From Macrostomum lignano (lineage: Eukaryota), in contig NIVC01003978.1 in assembly GCA_002269645.1 (NCBI GenBank), positions 1 to 31,026 on the forward strand: a stretch of DNA of 31,026 nucleotides. The letters run 5' to 3'. The position numbers and the translations under genes are program-made. How positions within the stretch are numbered: the stretch's first letter is position 1; every line of letters starts with the position of its first letter. Below are positions 1 to 10,900 of the stretch, piece after piece. The notes beneath the pieces were generated by a model. That model had not been told where the DNA came from. It saw only the letters and a list, made by a program, of their open reading frames with translations, and did no database searches.

Positions 1-443
1 CAGGACGAGAAGCTGATCGTGCGCATCCTTGACCAGATGCTGTCAGAGGAGAGCATCCACCCGCATGGCCATGGAGGGTAAGCACAAGGGCAAGTTGCCT
101 ACGTACTCCGGGTTGCCCAGGACGAGGAGAACGCCGATCTGGGCATGGGCAAACTGGAAGTCATGGCCGAGGGCAACATGGACGTCATCACTAAGATGAA
201 GGACAAGCCGACCGTGGCCATTATCACTAATCTGATGTGCGAGAAACGAGCGGTGGACGCTATGATGCAGGATAAGACCACCTACGTTCGCTACGAGACT
301 AAAGGCGGCGATTCGCACGTCTACACTATCGGGTTTATTGGTCCGCACAAGTGCGTCAGCACTAAACTGCGGCGGTTGGGCGTGACAGGCGGGCCAAGAT
401 TGCTAGCGGCAATACGACGACTCGATTGTTGGGCACGTTTCAG
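1..443 (+). CDS. PNP_UDP_1 (nucleoside phosphorylase/nucleosidase) domain gene, internal exon (gene 5'-truncated by window; 3 apparent single-base frameshifts)
   Basis: Frame-repaired translation: QDEKLIVRILDQMLSEESIHP/MAMEGKHKGKLPTYSGLP/DEENADLGMGKLEVMAEGNMDVITKMKDKPTVAIITNLMCEKRAVDAMMQDKTTYVRYETKGGDSHVYTIGFIGPHKCVSTKL/AVGRDRRAKIASGNTTTRLLGTFQ. The 'VAIITxxxxEKxAVDAM' and 'GNTTTRLLGTFQ' segments are PNP_UDP_1 N-terminal elements recalled from invertebrate homologues. Indels: +1 near 64, -1 near 119, -1 near 370. The exon may begin at 4 (CAG acceptor at 1-3). Donor CAG|GCAAGT at 444. Confidence 0.8.
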
Positions 444-533
444 GCAAGTTCTTAGAAACTGCGATTTTTACATTCTTTATTAGCTAAATTTCGCATCGTT
501 TTGGGCAAGCTGACAATGTGTCTACACAAGATC

Positions 534-775
534 GGTGGACACCCCACAGTGTCTCTGTCCCAAATTGATGGACACCACAGTATCTCTATCCCAGATTGAT
601 GGACACCCCGCCCAAATTGGTGACACTCCGACAGTGTCTCTGTCCCAAATTGGTGGACACCCAACAGTGTCTCTGTCCCAAATTGGTGGACACCCCGACA
701 GTGTCTCTGTCCCAAATCGGTGGACACCCCGACAGTGTCTCTGTCCCAAATTGGTGGACACCCCGACAGTGTCTC
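534..775. repeat. 34-bp minisatellite in the first visible intron of the PNP gene
   Basis: About 7 imperfect tandem units of GGTGGACACCCCGACAGTGTCTCTGTCCCAAATT. Explains the repetitive ORFs at 452-847. Confidence 0.92.
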
Positions 776-855
776 CTCTTGGCACCTCTTAGTGTCTCCT
801 AGTCTCGGACACCCCGCCTTTGATTGAGCATCTGATTGATTGATCACCTGTGCAG

Positions 856-1116
856 GACATTGAGCACGTGCTGCTAGTTGGCGTCTGCGGCTCGGTGTGC
901 AACCTGGGCGACCTGGCCAAGAGCAGCCGCCTTGGCGACATCATTATCGCATCGCCCAGCCGCGAGCAGGACAGCGCCTACATCTACTGCGACAATGTCG
1001 ACGAGGACGACTCCGGGCAGTTCAGCTTCAGCCTGAAGAACTGGACCATCCCGGATCCCAGCCTCATGCGCAAAGCTGCCAGTCTGGTTAATGAGTACGG
1101 GCCCAGCTTTGAGAAT
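856..1116 (+). CDS. PNP_UDP_1-domain gene, internal exon
   Basis: TGCAG acceptor at 851-855 and GTAAGT donor at 1117, both phase 0. Encodes DIEHVLLVGVCGSVCNLGDLAKSSRLGDIIIASP...PSFEN, containing the 'LVGxxG' and 'RLGDII' PNP motifs. Confidence 0.88.
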
Positions 1117-1503
1117 GTAAGTGCGCTTTGCGTCTTGCGTCTGAGAACCACTTGGAGTTGGGATTGTCATGTCCGTTAAAAACGCCTCTAGCACGCCTCA
1201 GATACGACTCTACGGTCCCAGAGTCGTTATAGAAACACCCCAGAGTCGTTTTAGAGTCACAGACAATAAAACGCCTCAAATTGACTCGTTAACGACTTTT
1301 GGGCGACTTGTACCGTGACATCTTTTCGTCTTAAGGTCGTCATAGATTGATAGATACGACTTTATTGTCGCTTTCATTTTACCCGTTACCTGGAACGACT
1401 CAGAAGCGACTCTGGGATGCTTCTTGGCCTAGGTACCATTTTCATCGGGATGCATCTGGGAACCACCTCGAATTGGGCTGTCAAGGGTGAGTTGAATTGA
1501 GTA

Positions 1504-1748
1504 ATCTCAAGGATCCAGGGATCGGTTGAGATCAGAATCATCTCAAGGATCCAGGGATCGGTTGAGATCAGAATCATCTCAAGGATCCAGGGATCGGTTG
1601 AGATCAGAATCATCCCAAGGATCCAGGGATCGGTTGAGATCAGAATCGTCCAAGGATCCAGGGATCGGTTGAAATCAAAATCATCTCAAGGATCCAGGGA
1701 TCGGTTGAGATTAAAATCATCTCAAGGATCCAGGGTCCAGTTGAGATT
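1504..1748. repeat. 36-bp minisatellite in the second visible intron of the PNP gene
   Basis: About 7 units of GAGATCAGAATCATCTCAAGGATCCAGGGATCGGTT. Explains the repetitive ORF 1386-1613 (ILISTDPWILEM repeats). Confidence 0.93.
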
Positions 1749-1804
1749 ACCGTGTCCTAGATCCAGGCACCCCACTGCATCAGCGGCCGACCCGCACCCC
1801 GCAG

Positions 1805-2227
1805 GCGCCGTGGAACCAGCTCTTTGCCGAGGTGGTCAGCCAGCTGTCCGACTTTGCCCGGCCGGAAGGCGTCGAGGACAAGGTGCAAATGCAGCTGGGC
1901 GACGGGCAGATCATCGAGATCGCCCCGCCGAGCATCGACCGCGCCGGCAACTGGCCGATGGTGCGCCTCGGGCCGCTCGGCTGCGGCAAGCCGGTGGTGT
2001 CGGACACCTACCTGCGCACCGCATTCGCCGACGAGCGCGGCCTGCTTGGCTACGACACCGAGTTCGACCAGGTGCTAGAGAGTATCCTTGGCAACCGGTG
2101 CAACTCGTTTCTAATTGTGCGCGCCTGCTCCGACTATCACGACGGTCAGAAGGGAAACGTGTGGCAGCCGTACGCCAGCATGCAGGCTGCCGCCTTTGCC
2201 AAATCGGTGCTGCTGCAGCTGTCTTAA
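1805..2227 (+). CDS. PNP_UDP_1-domain gene, terminal exon
   Basis: CCCGCAG acceptor at 1804 (phase 0). Encodes APWNQLFAEVV...VRLGPLGCGKPVV...LLGYDTEFDQVLESILGNRCNSFLIVRACSDYHDGQKGNVWQPYASMQAAAFAKSVLLQLS*, the C-terminal 'IRGxSDY...WQPYA..AAA.AK' PNP pattern. Stop TAA at 2225-2227. Confidence 0.88.
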   Translation, partial: APWNQLFAEVVSQLSDFARPEGVEDKVQMQLGDGQIIEIAPPSIDRAGNWPMVRLGPLGCGKPVVSDTYLRTAFADERGLLGYDTEFDQVLESILGNRCNSFLIVRACSDYHDGQKGNVWQPYASMQAAAFAKSVLLQLS

Positions 2228-3199
2228 CTCTGCTCCCCGCGTCTGGCCGGTGTTTCTAACTCCCAATCATACTGTAGTAACTCAGTTATATTTGATTCAA
2301 TAGGAAATTACAGCTATAGAGATATGGAGATGTCATACATGCAGCGGACATTAAGTTCAAACTAAACTAACAAAGAATTCAATTTCTTGAACATTGTACC
2401 GTTGATTCTCTTGCGTCTCCAACAGCCAACACACTACGACGGGATCAATATGGATTGATTTAAATCTGATCGATATTAATTTTTTTCATATTTACTTATA
2501 AGTAACATTAGCACTATTTCCATTATTAGTAATCCATTATTATTACAGTAGTATTTGTGTTTGCAGTTTATTTTGTTCAGTAAAAATGAAAGTACCAGCT
2601 TTACTTGTTTTTTTTATATTATTCTTTAATTTCTGTCTGTCTGTCCTTAGGCTAATTGTACAACTTTAACCATATTTTTCTATGTTTTCATAGAGTGAAT
2701 TAATATGTATCGATGAGTCTACAAAATGTCTTCCTTTATTATTACTGTTGTTATAGAAAATCTATTTACATAATTAGATACAATAATATATATCATTATA
2801 TTGACCTTCGCTTTGTCTAGCCCTTAGATTGTTGCGTTCCATCTGCCTGGTTGTGCTTATTGTGCTGCTACGAGTACATGTACACTGTACACACGCTCTC
2901 ACAGGGAATGTATGTACACTCACTTCTTTGGGTGTGTATCATGGGTGTGAATCGCCCAATAACTTGGAAAGACAATTCGTTCTAGGGGAGATAAGATAAG
3001 AGATGAAACAAAATTAGGGGTGTGTGAGTGGGTCGGAACACAGTATTAAAAAATCGATATTTGAGTAATAAACTTCAGTTTATCGCGCGGGCACGATAAA
3101 AGGGGAGATAGAAAGACACCAGTGTCGAGCCGTCGACAGCTCAGCATGCACAAAAGCCAATAATTAATGCTGGTTATTTAACCTACTGATAGCGTGCTC

Positions 3200-3445
3200 T
3201 TCTCTGCCTATTGCGGTAGCTTTTACAGCGGCTCCGCATTGTGAAATCCATTCCAATATGCTGCACTGTGAGCCCGTGATTTTTTATTTGAAGCTAATTA
3301 TTTAACCCATCTTTTCTCCCTAGCTTCCAATTTTACCTCCATTAAATCTTTAATCGACTCTAATCCGACATTATTAACCAATTTTTCATAGGCTGACTGT
3401 GCTAAAAACAAATTATCCATTATTGCTTTCTTTAAACATTGATAT
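3200..3445 (-). pseudogene. Possible degraded GIY-YIG endonuclease C-terminal fragment (Penelope-like or other element relic)
   Basis: Minus-strand reading YQCLKKAIMDNLFLAQSAYEKLVNNVGLESIKDLMEVKLEAREKRWVK*LASNKKSRAHSAAYWNGFHN. 'LEAREKRWVKxL' resembles the GIY-YIG 'LxxRExxWIxxL...GxN' tail. It has an internal stop and no GIY/YIG motif was seen. Confidence 0.25.
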
Positions 3446-3539
3446 AATTACTATATTTATACAGCTCTGATTATTCTGGCCAATTACTGTAGTAACTGTA
3501 CACATTTAACGTGTACATTGTGTCTAGATGTTACGTATA

Positions 3540-3788
3540 CTCAGCAACATCGAAAAGTCGCCATCACGAAAGATTCCGTCTGTGGACGCCACTTTTGAGA
3601 TTGCAGGTAATAAAGTCTCTCAATCTTTGCGTAACTTAGCGTCACTCGGAATGAAGTGGGGGAGCTCTGTGCGAGTGTTGGACGGATTAAAGCTACCCTG
3701 ATCGGTTTTTCGTATCTTTTGTTTCAGAAATAGTCCAAGAGAAATTGCTCACTAGCGCATAGAGTGCCGACTTTTCAATGTTGCTGAG
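3540..3788. mobile_element. 249-bp MITE, Tc1/mariner-type (TA target-site duplication)
   Basis: 21-bp TIRs with one mismatch: CTCAGCAACATCGAAAAGTCG (3540-3560) and CGACTTTTCAATGTTGCTGAG (3768-3788). TA on both flanks (3538-3539, 3789-3790). Confidence 0.8.
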
Positions 3789-4707
3789 TACATGCTACGC
3801 TCATTGTGTGTACATGCTTAGTGCACTGCACTTACATGGTACATGCTTGAGTGAGCATTGTATGCGTATACGATGAGTACGAGCAACTTTCATTGATTGC
3901 CTGCCAGTAATTGATTTGTGATTTCAATGACCGAATGATTTTTCCGCTTCAATTTTCTACGCGAATGACCCCATTATATCAAATCTGATAAACCTGATCA
4001 ATTCAGGGTTTTCAATCCTGATTTAAATTAAGCGCTAAATCATAATCATAATTTTAATGTGTTTAAACACTGCACCAGCTTTGCTATATTTTGTCTCTGT
4101 CAAGCCATAGTTTTATACCTTTTTAAAACTGACTAATAAACACGTTTATTCTTTAAAAAATACAGCGAGTTTTGCCCGCTAAGGGATTGAATATGTCAAT
4201 ATATAAAAATTATTTATTTCAGTTTTGATATTATTAACTGTGTGTGTATTAATTTTCGTAACTACATATTTGTTAAAATAGGCTAGTGGTTAGATAAATA
4301 CTTTATTAATTAGGCCCGTTTATGTTAATTTTAATTTGTAAGGCTTGTCTGCCGTCATACAGATTTATTTGATTCCCGCACCGTCTACACCATTTTACCT
4401 CCTATTTTGAACAAAGTCTTGTTCAAAAGAAGCAAGCAGAATTTCCATTTAAACAAAGTCCCTTTCTATTGTAGGATTCATACATCGATTTTTTGTGCTT
4501 AAATGGTCTATGGCACTCGTGCGCTGCGCTGCGATGTATGAGTTGCATTGTATTACGTTGGCTTAATACTTTAGATGGCGCGTTAGATGCACGCTCAGTT
4601 AATTTGTCTTAACCATAGACAAAAATGCGTGAAAGGCACGCAAGTTGATTGAGTGTTGCGAAGAAGGGAATAAGAAGCTGTTAAATTAAAATCATTTGTG
4701 AGAGAAT

Positions 4708-5097
4708 ATGGCTGAGCCACCAACTAAAGTCAGACTTCTGAATCTGAGCAAATTTCCAAACGAAATGATTTCCGGCTTGTCCACCAATGAGATTGACGAC
4801 ATTCTGAACGAGCCTGATAATCTACCGGAGTCGGCAATTGATCGAGAAGAGGAGGATCTTCTGGAGGCACTTTTCAAGAAGATACCTGACGAAGAAGCTG
4901 AACTACTTGAATTGGAACAGCTCGTTTCCGAAATCGAGGACACCGCTGCTAGTAAAAGTGTGACAAAGGCTACCGAATATTATGTCGGTAAGTTGCAGAG
5001 CTTCATGGAGAACCATCCGTCAGTTCAGCGTGATTTGGCGACTTCCAAATGCAGAACGCCTTCATCCTCATTCGCTTTCCCTGTCAATGATAGGTAA
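4708..5097 (+). CDS. Acidic 129-aa ORF in an ~840-bp insert (4472-5312); weak resemblance to the N-terminus of Crypton/DUF3504 tyrosine-recombinase proteins
   Basis: Open frame, D/E-rich N-half, then SKSVTKATEYYVGKLQSFM, similar to the 'xNTxKxTxWAVxxFxxW' helix recalled from Crypton-type YR proteins. Flanked by a 16-bp perfect inverted repeat (4578-4593 / 5282-5297). Family assignment is tentative. Confidence 0.35.
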   Translation: MAEPPTKVRLLNLSKFPNEMISGLSTNEIDDILNEPDNLPESAIDREEEDLLEALFKKIPDEEAELLELEQLVSEIEDTAASKSVTKATEYYVGKLQSFMENHPSVQRDLATSKCRTPSSSFAFPVNDR

Positions 5098-5531
5098 TCG
5101 TCTACGCAGTCTACCTTGTTTACACAGTTCCCTGTTATTCGTTCGTTGTACTTGTAGCAGAAGTATACTTATTAAAATATACTCACTTTCCGTGCATTAC
5201 ACGCACGCGTTAGACGCACGCTTGTTGCCTTTACTCAGATAGAAAATTGCCATAGACACCTACATTAGATGCACAGTAAATCGTGCATCTAACGCGCGCC
5301 AGCGTGTTACAATGAAACAGAAGAACTTCAATTCAGACTGTCTGTGGCCAAAGTTGTCCCCGAGTGACGCGCATGCGCAGATTTGAAATTCAAAAGAAAC
5401 AAAGTCACACTCTATTTCGACAGAGATTTTTGCACATACATTTAGATACGAGTAAATTTTTAGTACATTAATCTAACTTTTGTTTTTCCTGTACTGCATA
5501 ACTATACAATCGTTGCGCAATAAGAAACGAT

Positions 5532-5902
5532 ATGAATGCTGAAGATAAGATTGAAGAAGACGATGAATTGCTGGTAGATGGAATCGATGAATTTGAAGCA
5601 GAATTCGATGAAGATATCATGGAACAACAGCCTCGGCAGTGCGCTATTGTTTAAGCAACAGTGACAGAGACCGTATCATCAGGGCTGCTGATCGTGGGGA
5701 TTACTTTGTGGAACTGGCGCGCCAACTTGGAGTCAAGAGGTCAACAGTGTACACGATTGTGAGGTCAGGGAGAGCGGAAAAGCAGCCTACGAGATTCCGG
5801 ACACCATTCAGGTCAGGCGGCTTCCACCATACAGTTCATTTTTTAGTCCTGTGGAAGGCCGCTCTGAAGAGAGAACTGGCAATTGATGGTCAGGTGTCTT
5901 AA
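5532..5902 (+). pseudogene. Internally deleted Tc1/IS630-family (DDE_3) transposase relic
   Basis: Acidic leader MNAEDKIEEDDELL..., then a frameshift into HTH-like RYCLSNSDRDRIIRAADRGDYFVELARQLGVKRSTVYTIVRSGR. This joins directly to IQVRRLPPYSSFFSPVE (the LPPYSPxLNPIE motif that precedes the catalytic E) and then WKAALKRE in another frame. The two catalytic D regions are missing. Confidence 0.8.
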
Positions 5903-6822
5903 GTTGGCCAACTGACACTGTCTGGTTCCTGTTTTTCATTTTACTCTTATGTTCGTCGATATGTTGTGTTTTATCCCTTTTGTCGAAATAGAGTGTGACT
6001 TTGTTTCTTTTGAATTTCAAATCTGCATTCGGGGACAATTTTGGCCACAGACAGTCTGAATTGAAGTTCTTCTATTTCAATAGAAAGGGACTTTGTTTGA
6101 TTTGAATTTCCGCAAGGGCTGATATTTCTTAAAGTGTTTGAATTGAAGTTCTGCTTGTTTCTTTTGAACAAGACTTTGTTCAAAATAGGAGGTAAAATTC
6201 CTAATTTAGTGGTGGTTCAGTCTTCCACTTACATCTTGCTTCTAATCAAGTAAGGCATGGATTTGGGACTAAGTTTCTCCTTTCTCATTTCGATAATCCA
6301 TTCGCTTAGTTCAGCTAGACAAAATCCTGTCTGTTTCAACTCATTTTTCCGAAGACAAGTTTAACTAATATTGGATTCTTATTTTATCTAATAGGGTTCA
6401 CGTTCATCTTCAAACTGACGTACCGTCGAGACCTTCGGCATGATGAGAAATAAGATTTGCCAGACTTTGAATTGGTTGCTAAATCTGTCAAAGCTGCTGT
6501 CATTGAGCTTTTTATAATTGCTGACAGTGACAGTAACCTTGTTAAAAAAGCTTTTTAATAAGTCTATGTGGTCAAATGATGAATATTTATTTGCCCGGGG
6601 TTGAATTCGCATCTTCAGCTTCAGAGTTTCGTTGGTTTTGGTAAAGTCATGTTTCAAGCTCTTAATAATTGTTTTAAACTTTTTCATTCTTGTGAAGTTT
6701 TATTTCAACTCATGCAGCTGAGGTTATAATATACATAGGTTAGTATATAAGGTTACGTACTTCGAGGTACATGAGATAAAGCAAAGTGGCAAAATTGATT
6801 AAATATAGGATTCAATACTTGG

Positions 6823-6984
6823 AAGCACTCAAAACCAAGTATTGCGTAGTATTGTAATCACCATATATTACTCGTGCATTAAATGATTCTAGCCAATACG
6901 CAATCACGAGCCATTTCAGCACGCTTTTTGCGTTTGATGCACGCTTTTACACATTTATATCGTGTTACTTGGTTTTGAGTGCTT
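6823..6984. mobile_element. 162-bp MITE-like element with 19-bp perfect inverted ends
   Basis: AAGCACTCAAAACCAAGTA (6823-6841) and TACTTGGTTTTGAGTGCTT (6966-6984). No clear TSD. Confidence 0.55.
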
Positions 6985-9542
6985 AAATGTCCTGTTCACC
7001 AGTACGCGAAGCATTGAACAGCGAAATGTTAAATTGTTTGGCAATGCAAGATTAAATTGTGTCCTCGCAGCATTAACTAGGCTGCAAAAAGGTATATTTA
7101 TTCGTCCTTGTCAAAGAAACTTGTTTCAACTCAATCAGCAAAAAATATTATCCCACTTTATTCATTTATTATTAAAGAATGAATAAATCCCATTTGTCCT
7201 TATCTGCAATGCGTCAGCGGTCAAATCGTGGAATTCAATTGTCGTGCTCCCAGAAACGTTGGAAACTACCGCACAACGACTGCGTCACGTTTTTTCTATT
7301 CGGGATGTTTGAGGATTACTTTCACCAGTCCTATTGTACTGGTGGTTTGCAAAGTACGCTTGTACACTAACGGGCTGCGTTTGTGGGCTGATTAGAACCA
7401 CTCGCACCTTAACTTTGCGACGCCATAAGATATGTGAGACTCCCATCTGCCTCGGTCAGCAATCATCATCGAAGCCCATCACCCGGCTTTTATCAAAGTC
7501 CAGGTTCAGCAGCAAACCAATACCTGCCGTACTGTTTAAATATAGTATTCAAAACTCTGACCACAGAATGCGTTCTGGCAGATCCACCCAGCACCCGGTC
7601 CAGTCTCACCGTGTGCCCATCAGCAGCTTACTTTCCCACAAGGACTACTAGACGAAGTGTTCCTCGTGGTCCTTGCTTTCTCACTGTCTGTCATCCAGTC
7701 TCCAGATCTCATTCGATTTGCTTTGACCTTGCACAGCTTGCTTGCTTTTACTGATGCACTTGACAACTACCAGCGACATTTCCTTCTTCATAACTCTGAA
7801 ATATTGATTTAAGCATTGGAACAAATCACCAGGTGAATGATGAGGCTCTCTGTCAGCCGCACTCAAAGGGAGAACTCCGTCTCTAGGAGCTGCTTGACTG
7901 GTCCAGTTGTCCAGGCCGCCAGCCACGCCAGAGCTGCTTTCCTCCATCTGCCATGACGTGCTGCCTACGCTGCTCGCTTTCGCAGCATTCTGCTTTATTG
8001 CAGAATGGCTTGCATATCTTTCGAATCGTCCCTCTCACTAGAATAAGCGTAGGCTTTTTGTACCCATGACGCGTGTACTGGGGCCCGTGCTATGAAACTG
8101 GGAGTCTGGGAAACTGCTATGAAAATGGCTTGTCTTTGATTTGTCTTGGAAACTCTCATTGCAACCTGGTGATGTGGCGAAGTCCAGCAAAGCTCTGGGC
8201 CAGCATCGATCTGGTTCATAATATGCAGTTGATGACCACTCTTGGGCTAGGACACTCTTGACTCCTAGCGATATGGTTACCACACTGGCGCAATTCAAGT
8301 GGGAGTTACAATTCAGACTGAATTTAAATACAAACCTGTTGTGATGCAATCATTATCAGAATCCAATCAGTCAGCTTTTTCTCTAACTTACACTTGATTG
8401 ATCTAGGAGATCAGTCTATTGGCTCCTCTACACTTGCCTTGGGAGTTAGGAGTGGAATCCTACAGTCCTAGTTTTACAATACGCTCGCTCCTAAAGTTGA
8501 CTTCTAAAGGATCATTCTCTCCTATCTCCGAGAGTTCGCTCCTAGCTTAGCACGCTCACTTCTAACTGTTGCACTCCTATTAGACTCTTTCAAGCGACCC
8601 CCAAACACTTAAACTTGAATTTTGCTTCATAGCATGCGCTGCTGCCTCAAGTGTTAGAGTTAGAAAGCACTCGACTCGACTCTTAATCCTAGCTTCATTG
8701 CACGGGTCCCTGTGACGATCGATATACGAGCGTATTTTATAAGTCAGATGATTGGGGAAGGGGTTGGGTGTTGCACGCGCACGGGCGCAGCCGCACGATA
8801 CAAGCACCTGCCCCCCAAAAAAGAAGCGCGACAAGAGGAGTGCGCTCAGCACAACATAATAGAGTTGAATGCTTATATATGCGAGCGTACCATTAAGATA
8901 AGAGAAGCTAGTATAGTTCCTTCCCTCTACTCGTACTCGTAGTAGCGTAGAGCTAAATTTACTCGGGCCAATCGACAAAACTAACGTTAAGCAACACATC
9001 TAAAGGTAATATGCATCAGAGTACTTAATTGTTTTTAAATTCCATGTCTTGCGCATGCATCGCAGCATAAATTTACAATTCAAGGGATTTGTTGACTGTT
9101 AAGATTTTACGCAAAGACAAATGGTTGGTTTTCATTTTCTATATTTCCAGCTGTAAAAGTTGCCATTGGGTGTTATATCAAATTACTCTCAACAGCGACG
9201 TGACTCTCCTACCTGGAAAAAATAGGCAGAAAGTTTCTTTCCATCTAGGGCAGAGACTAAACGCCTTTATTCTTACATGAATTGAGCAGTACGAGTAGAA
9301 GTCAGTCGACATCAGTATTAAAAAAACTGTTTATGAAAGACCAAGGTTATACGAGCACCCTTTCGCCATAATAGTTTGTGTTTCAACAAGCCTCCGACGC
9401 ACTGCCTCTCGAATTATCTGGTTTCCAGGTTGCTTTGAACTCACGGATTCCCCCGTCGGGGCTGCTTTACAGAACGACGACCGGGGGGTAAGCTTTGTAC
9501 TATTTGTTGCCATCGATTCCTTCTAGCTTGCTTTCGATTTGC

Positions 9543-10900
9543 TTTCAAAGAAATCAATAGAAAGGGGTCGACTTAGTTCTCACATATTCAAACAATACTT
9601 TTACCTGCCGCTTGCTTAGTCCCCAATTAAGCACAAAATTTCAACTCTCAATTCAGGCTCGTGACCCTCTAAAATTAATTAACAATAAAAATGTTCCCAG
9701 TTGTCTCGCCAGGCTCCTTCTACATTCAACCTCACCCATTGTACAAATCCAAATACCAATGCAAGAAGAGATGTACTTGGTACATGCAAAACTTGTGGCC
9801 TCAAGTAGAATTTAACGTTTGGAATATTAATCAGGCCCTTAAAAACTCTGCAGAATTATAAGACAGCTTTAAACTGAGTACTGTAAACGAAAACATGGAA
9901 CTAAAATTCGCCGTCTAGGTTGTTCTTTGTGAGCAATGCATTCATTGTGGAAGAGAGTCCTTCAGAGCTAGAAAAGAATCTATTTTTTACAAAAGGTATT
10001 GTAGTAGGAAACATTCTTTTGGTGACCGTTTGCAAAATTCATGTGCTGTTTTTCAGTAATGCGTTACCATCAAGCTAATTTTAAGTGACTGAAGAGAGAA
10101 CTAAACCTTCTAACTTCCTTCTAAAAATGGAACTGACTTGTCTGGCCTTCTGGCCTTCTTAACTCCAATTTCTTTCAACTGTCTGCCCAGTTCTTTATTT
10201 GGAGCATGCAGTAAAAAACCCTCCGCTGCATTACTTACTCTCTTTCCTCACACACCCGCAGAAAAGAAATTGAAGTTAAAATATGGTGGAGTTAAGAAAC
10301 AAGGAACAACCTAGACGGCGAATTTTAGTTCCATGTTTTCGCTTACAGTACTCAGCTTAAAGCTGCCATATAAATTTCTGCAGAGTTATAGTAGCTGTCA
10401 TAATATTACTCCATCCTGTTGAAACATTTGCATATACCGAGTACATTCCGTTTTCACTGGTATTTAATGGGTGAGGTTGGACATGAAGGAGCCTGCTGGC
10501 AAGACAACTGAGAACATTCTTATTGTAAATTAATTTTTAAGAGAGTGACGAGCCTGAACTGATAGTCGAAAGTTGTTAGGATCTGGTTTTGGGCAGCGAA
10601 TTGAATTCGGTTTGAAGAATGCGTATTGAAAATGAATAATGAAAGGATTGAGTAAGTAGTGAGTAGAAGTAGTATGTTGGGGTTTTAGATTTAAGATAAT
10701 GTTATTAATTTTTAGATTTTTTGAGGATAATGAATATTGAGTTAAGGGATTATAGAAGTAAAAAAATCCTTGAAAAGTGATTTCGACTTTCACTTTAATT
10801 GATTTGAGTGATTGGGGGTTAAGCAGGCGGCAGGTAAAATTATTTTGTTAAAATAGATTTTCGAACTAAGTCGACCCCTTTTGATTGATTTCTTTGGAAA
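9543..10900. mobile_element. Old foldback / long-TIR element (arms ~9543-9930 and ~10299-10900)
   Basis: Collinear inverted matches include CAAAGAAATCAAT..AGGGGTCGACTTAGTTC vs GAACTAAGTCGACCCCT..ATTGATTTCTTTG, TTTTACCTGCCGC vs GCGGCAGGTAAAA, TTCAGGCTCGT vs ACGAGCCTGAA, and GAAAACATGGAACTAAAATTCGCCGTCTAGGTTGTTC vs its reverse complement at ~10304-10340. The right arm carries an ~200-bp AT-rich insert; the spacer is ~370 bp. Confidence 0.8.

Larger units (their letters stand above)
4398..6192 (+). mobile_element. Non-autonomous IS630/Tc1/mariner DNA transposon with ~210-bp TIRs; left TIR split by a nested insert
   Basis: Right TIR 5981-6192 is the reverse complement of 4398-4471 plus ~5313-5422 (terminus CCTCCTATTTTGAACAAAGTCTTGTTCAAAAGAA). 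TA flanks both ends; reconstructed empty site is ATTTTAAAAT. A transposase relic lies inside. Confidence 0.85.

Noticed and set aside
452-847. ORFs 452-847, 522-785, 535-792 and 596-802
   Set aside because: Translations of the 34-bp intronic minisatellite.
1669-2259. 196-aa ORF
   Set aside because: Starts in the 36-bp repeat and continues in an alternative frame of the GC-rich PNP exon.
6388-6687. 99-aa Lys-rich minus-strand ORF
   Set aside because: No recognisable motif or splice context. Possibly a TE fragment, but not supportable.
8927-9298. 11-bp inverted repeat CTACTCGTACT / AGTACGAGTAG
   Set aside because: Too short, with no TSD or internal structure.
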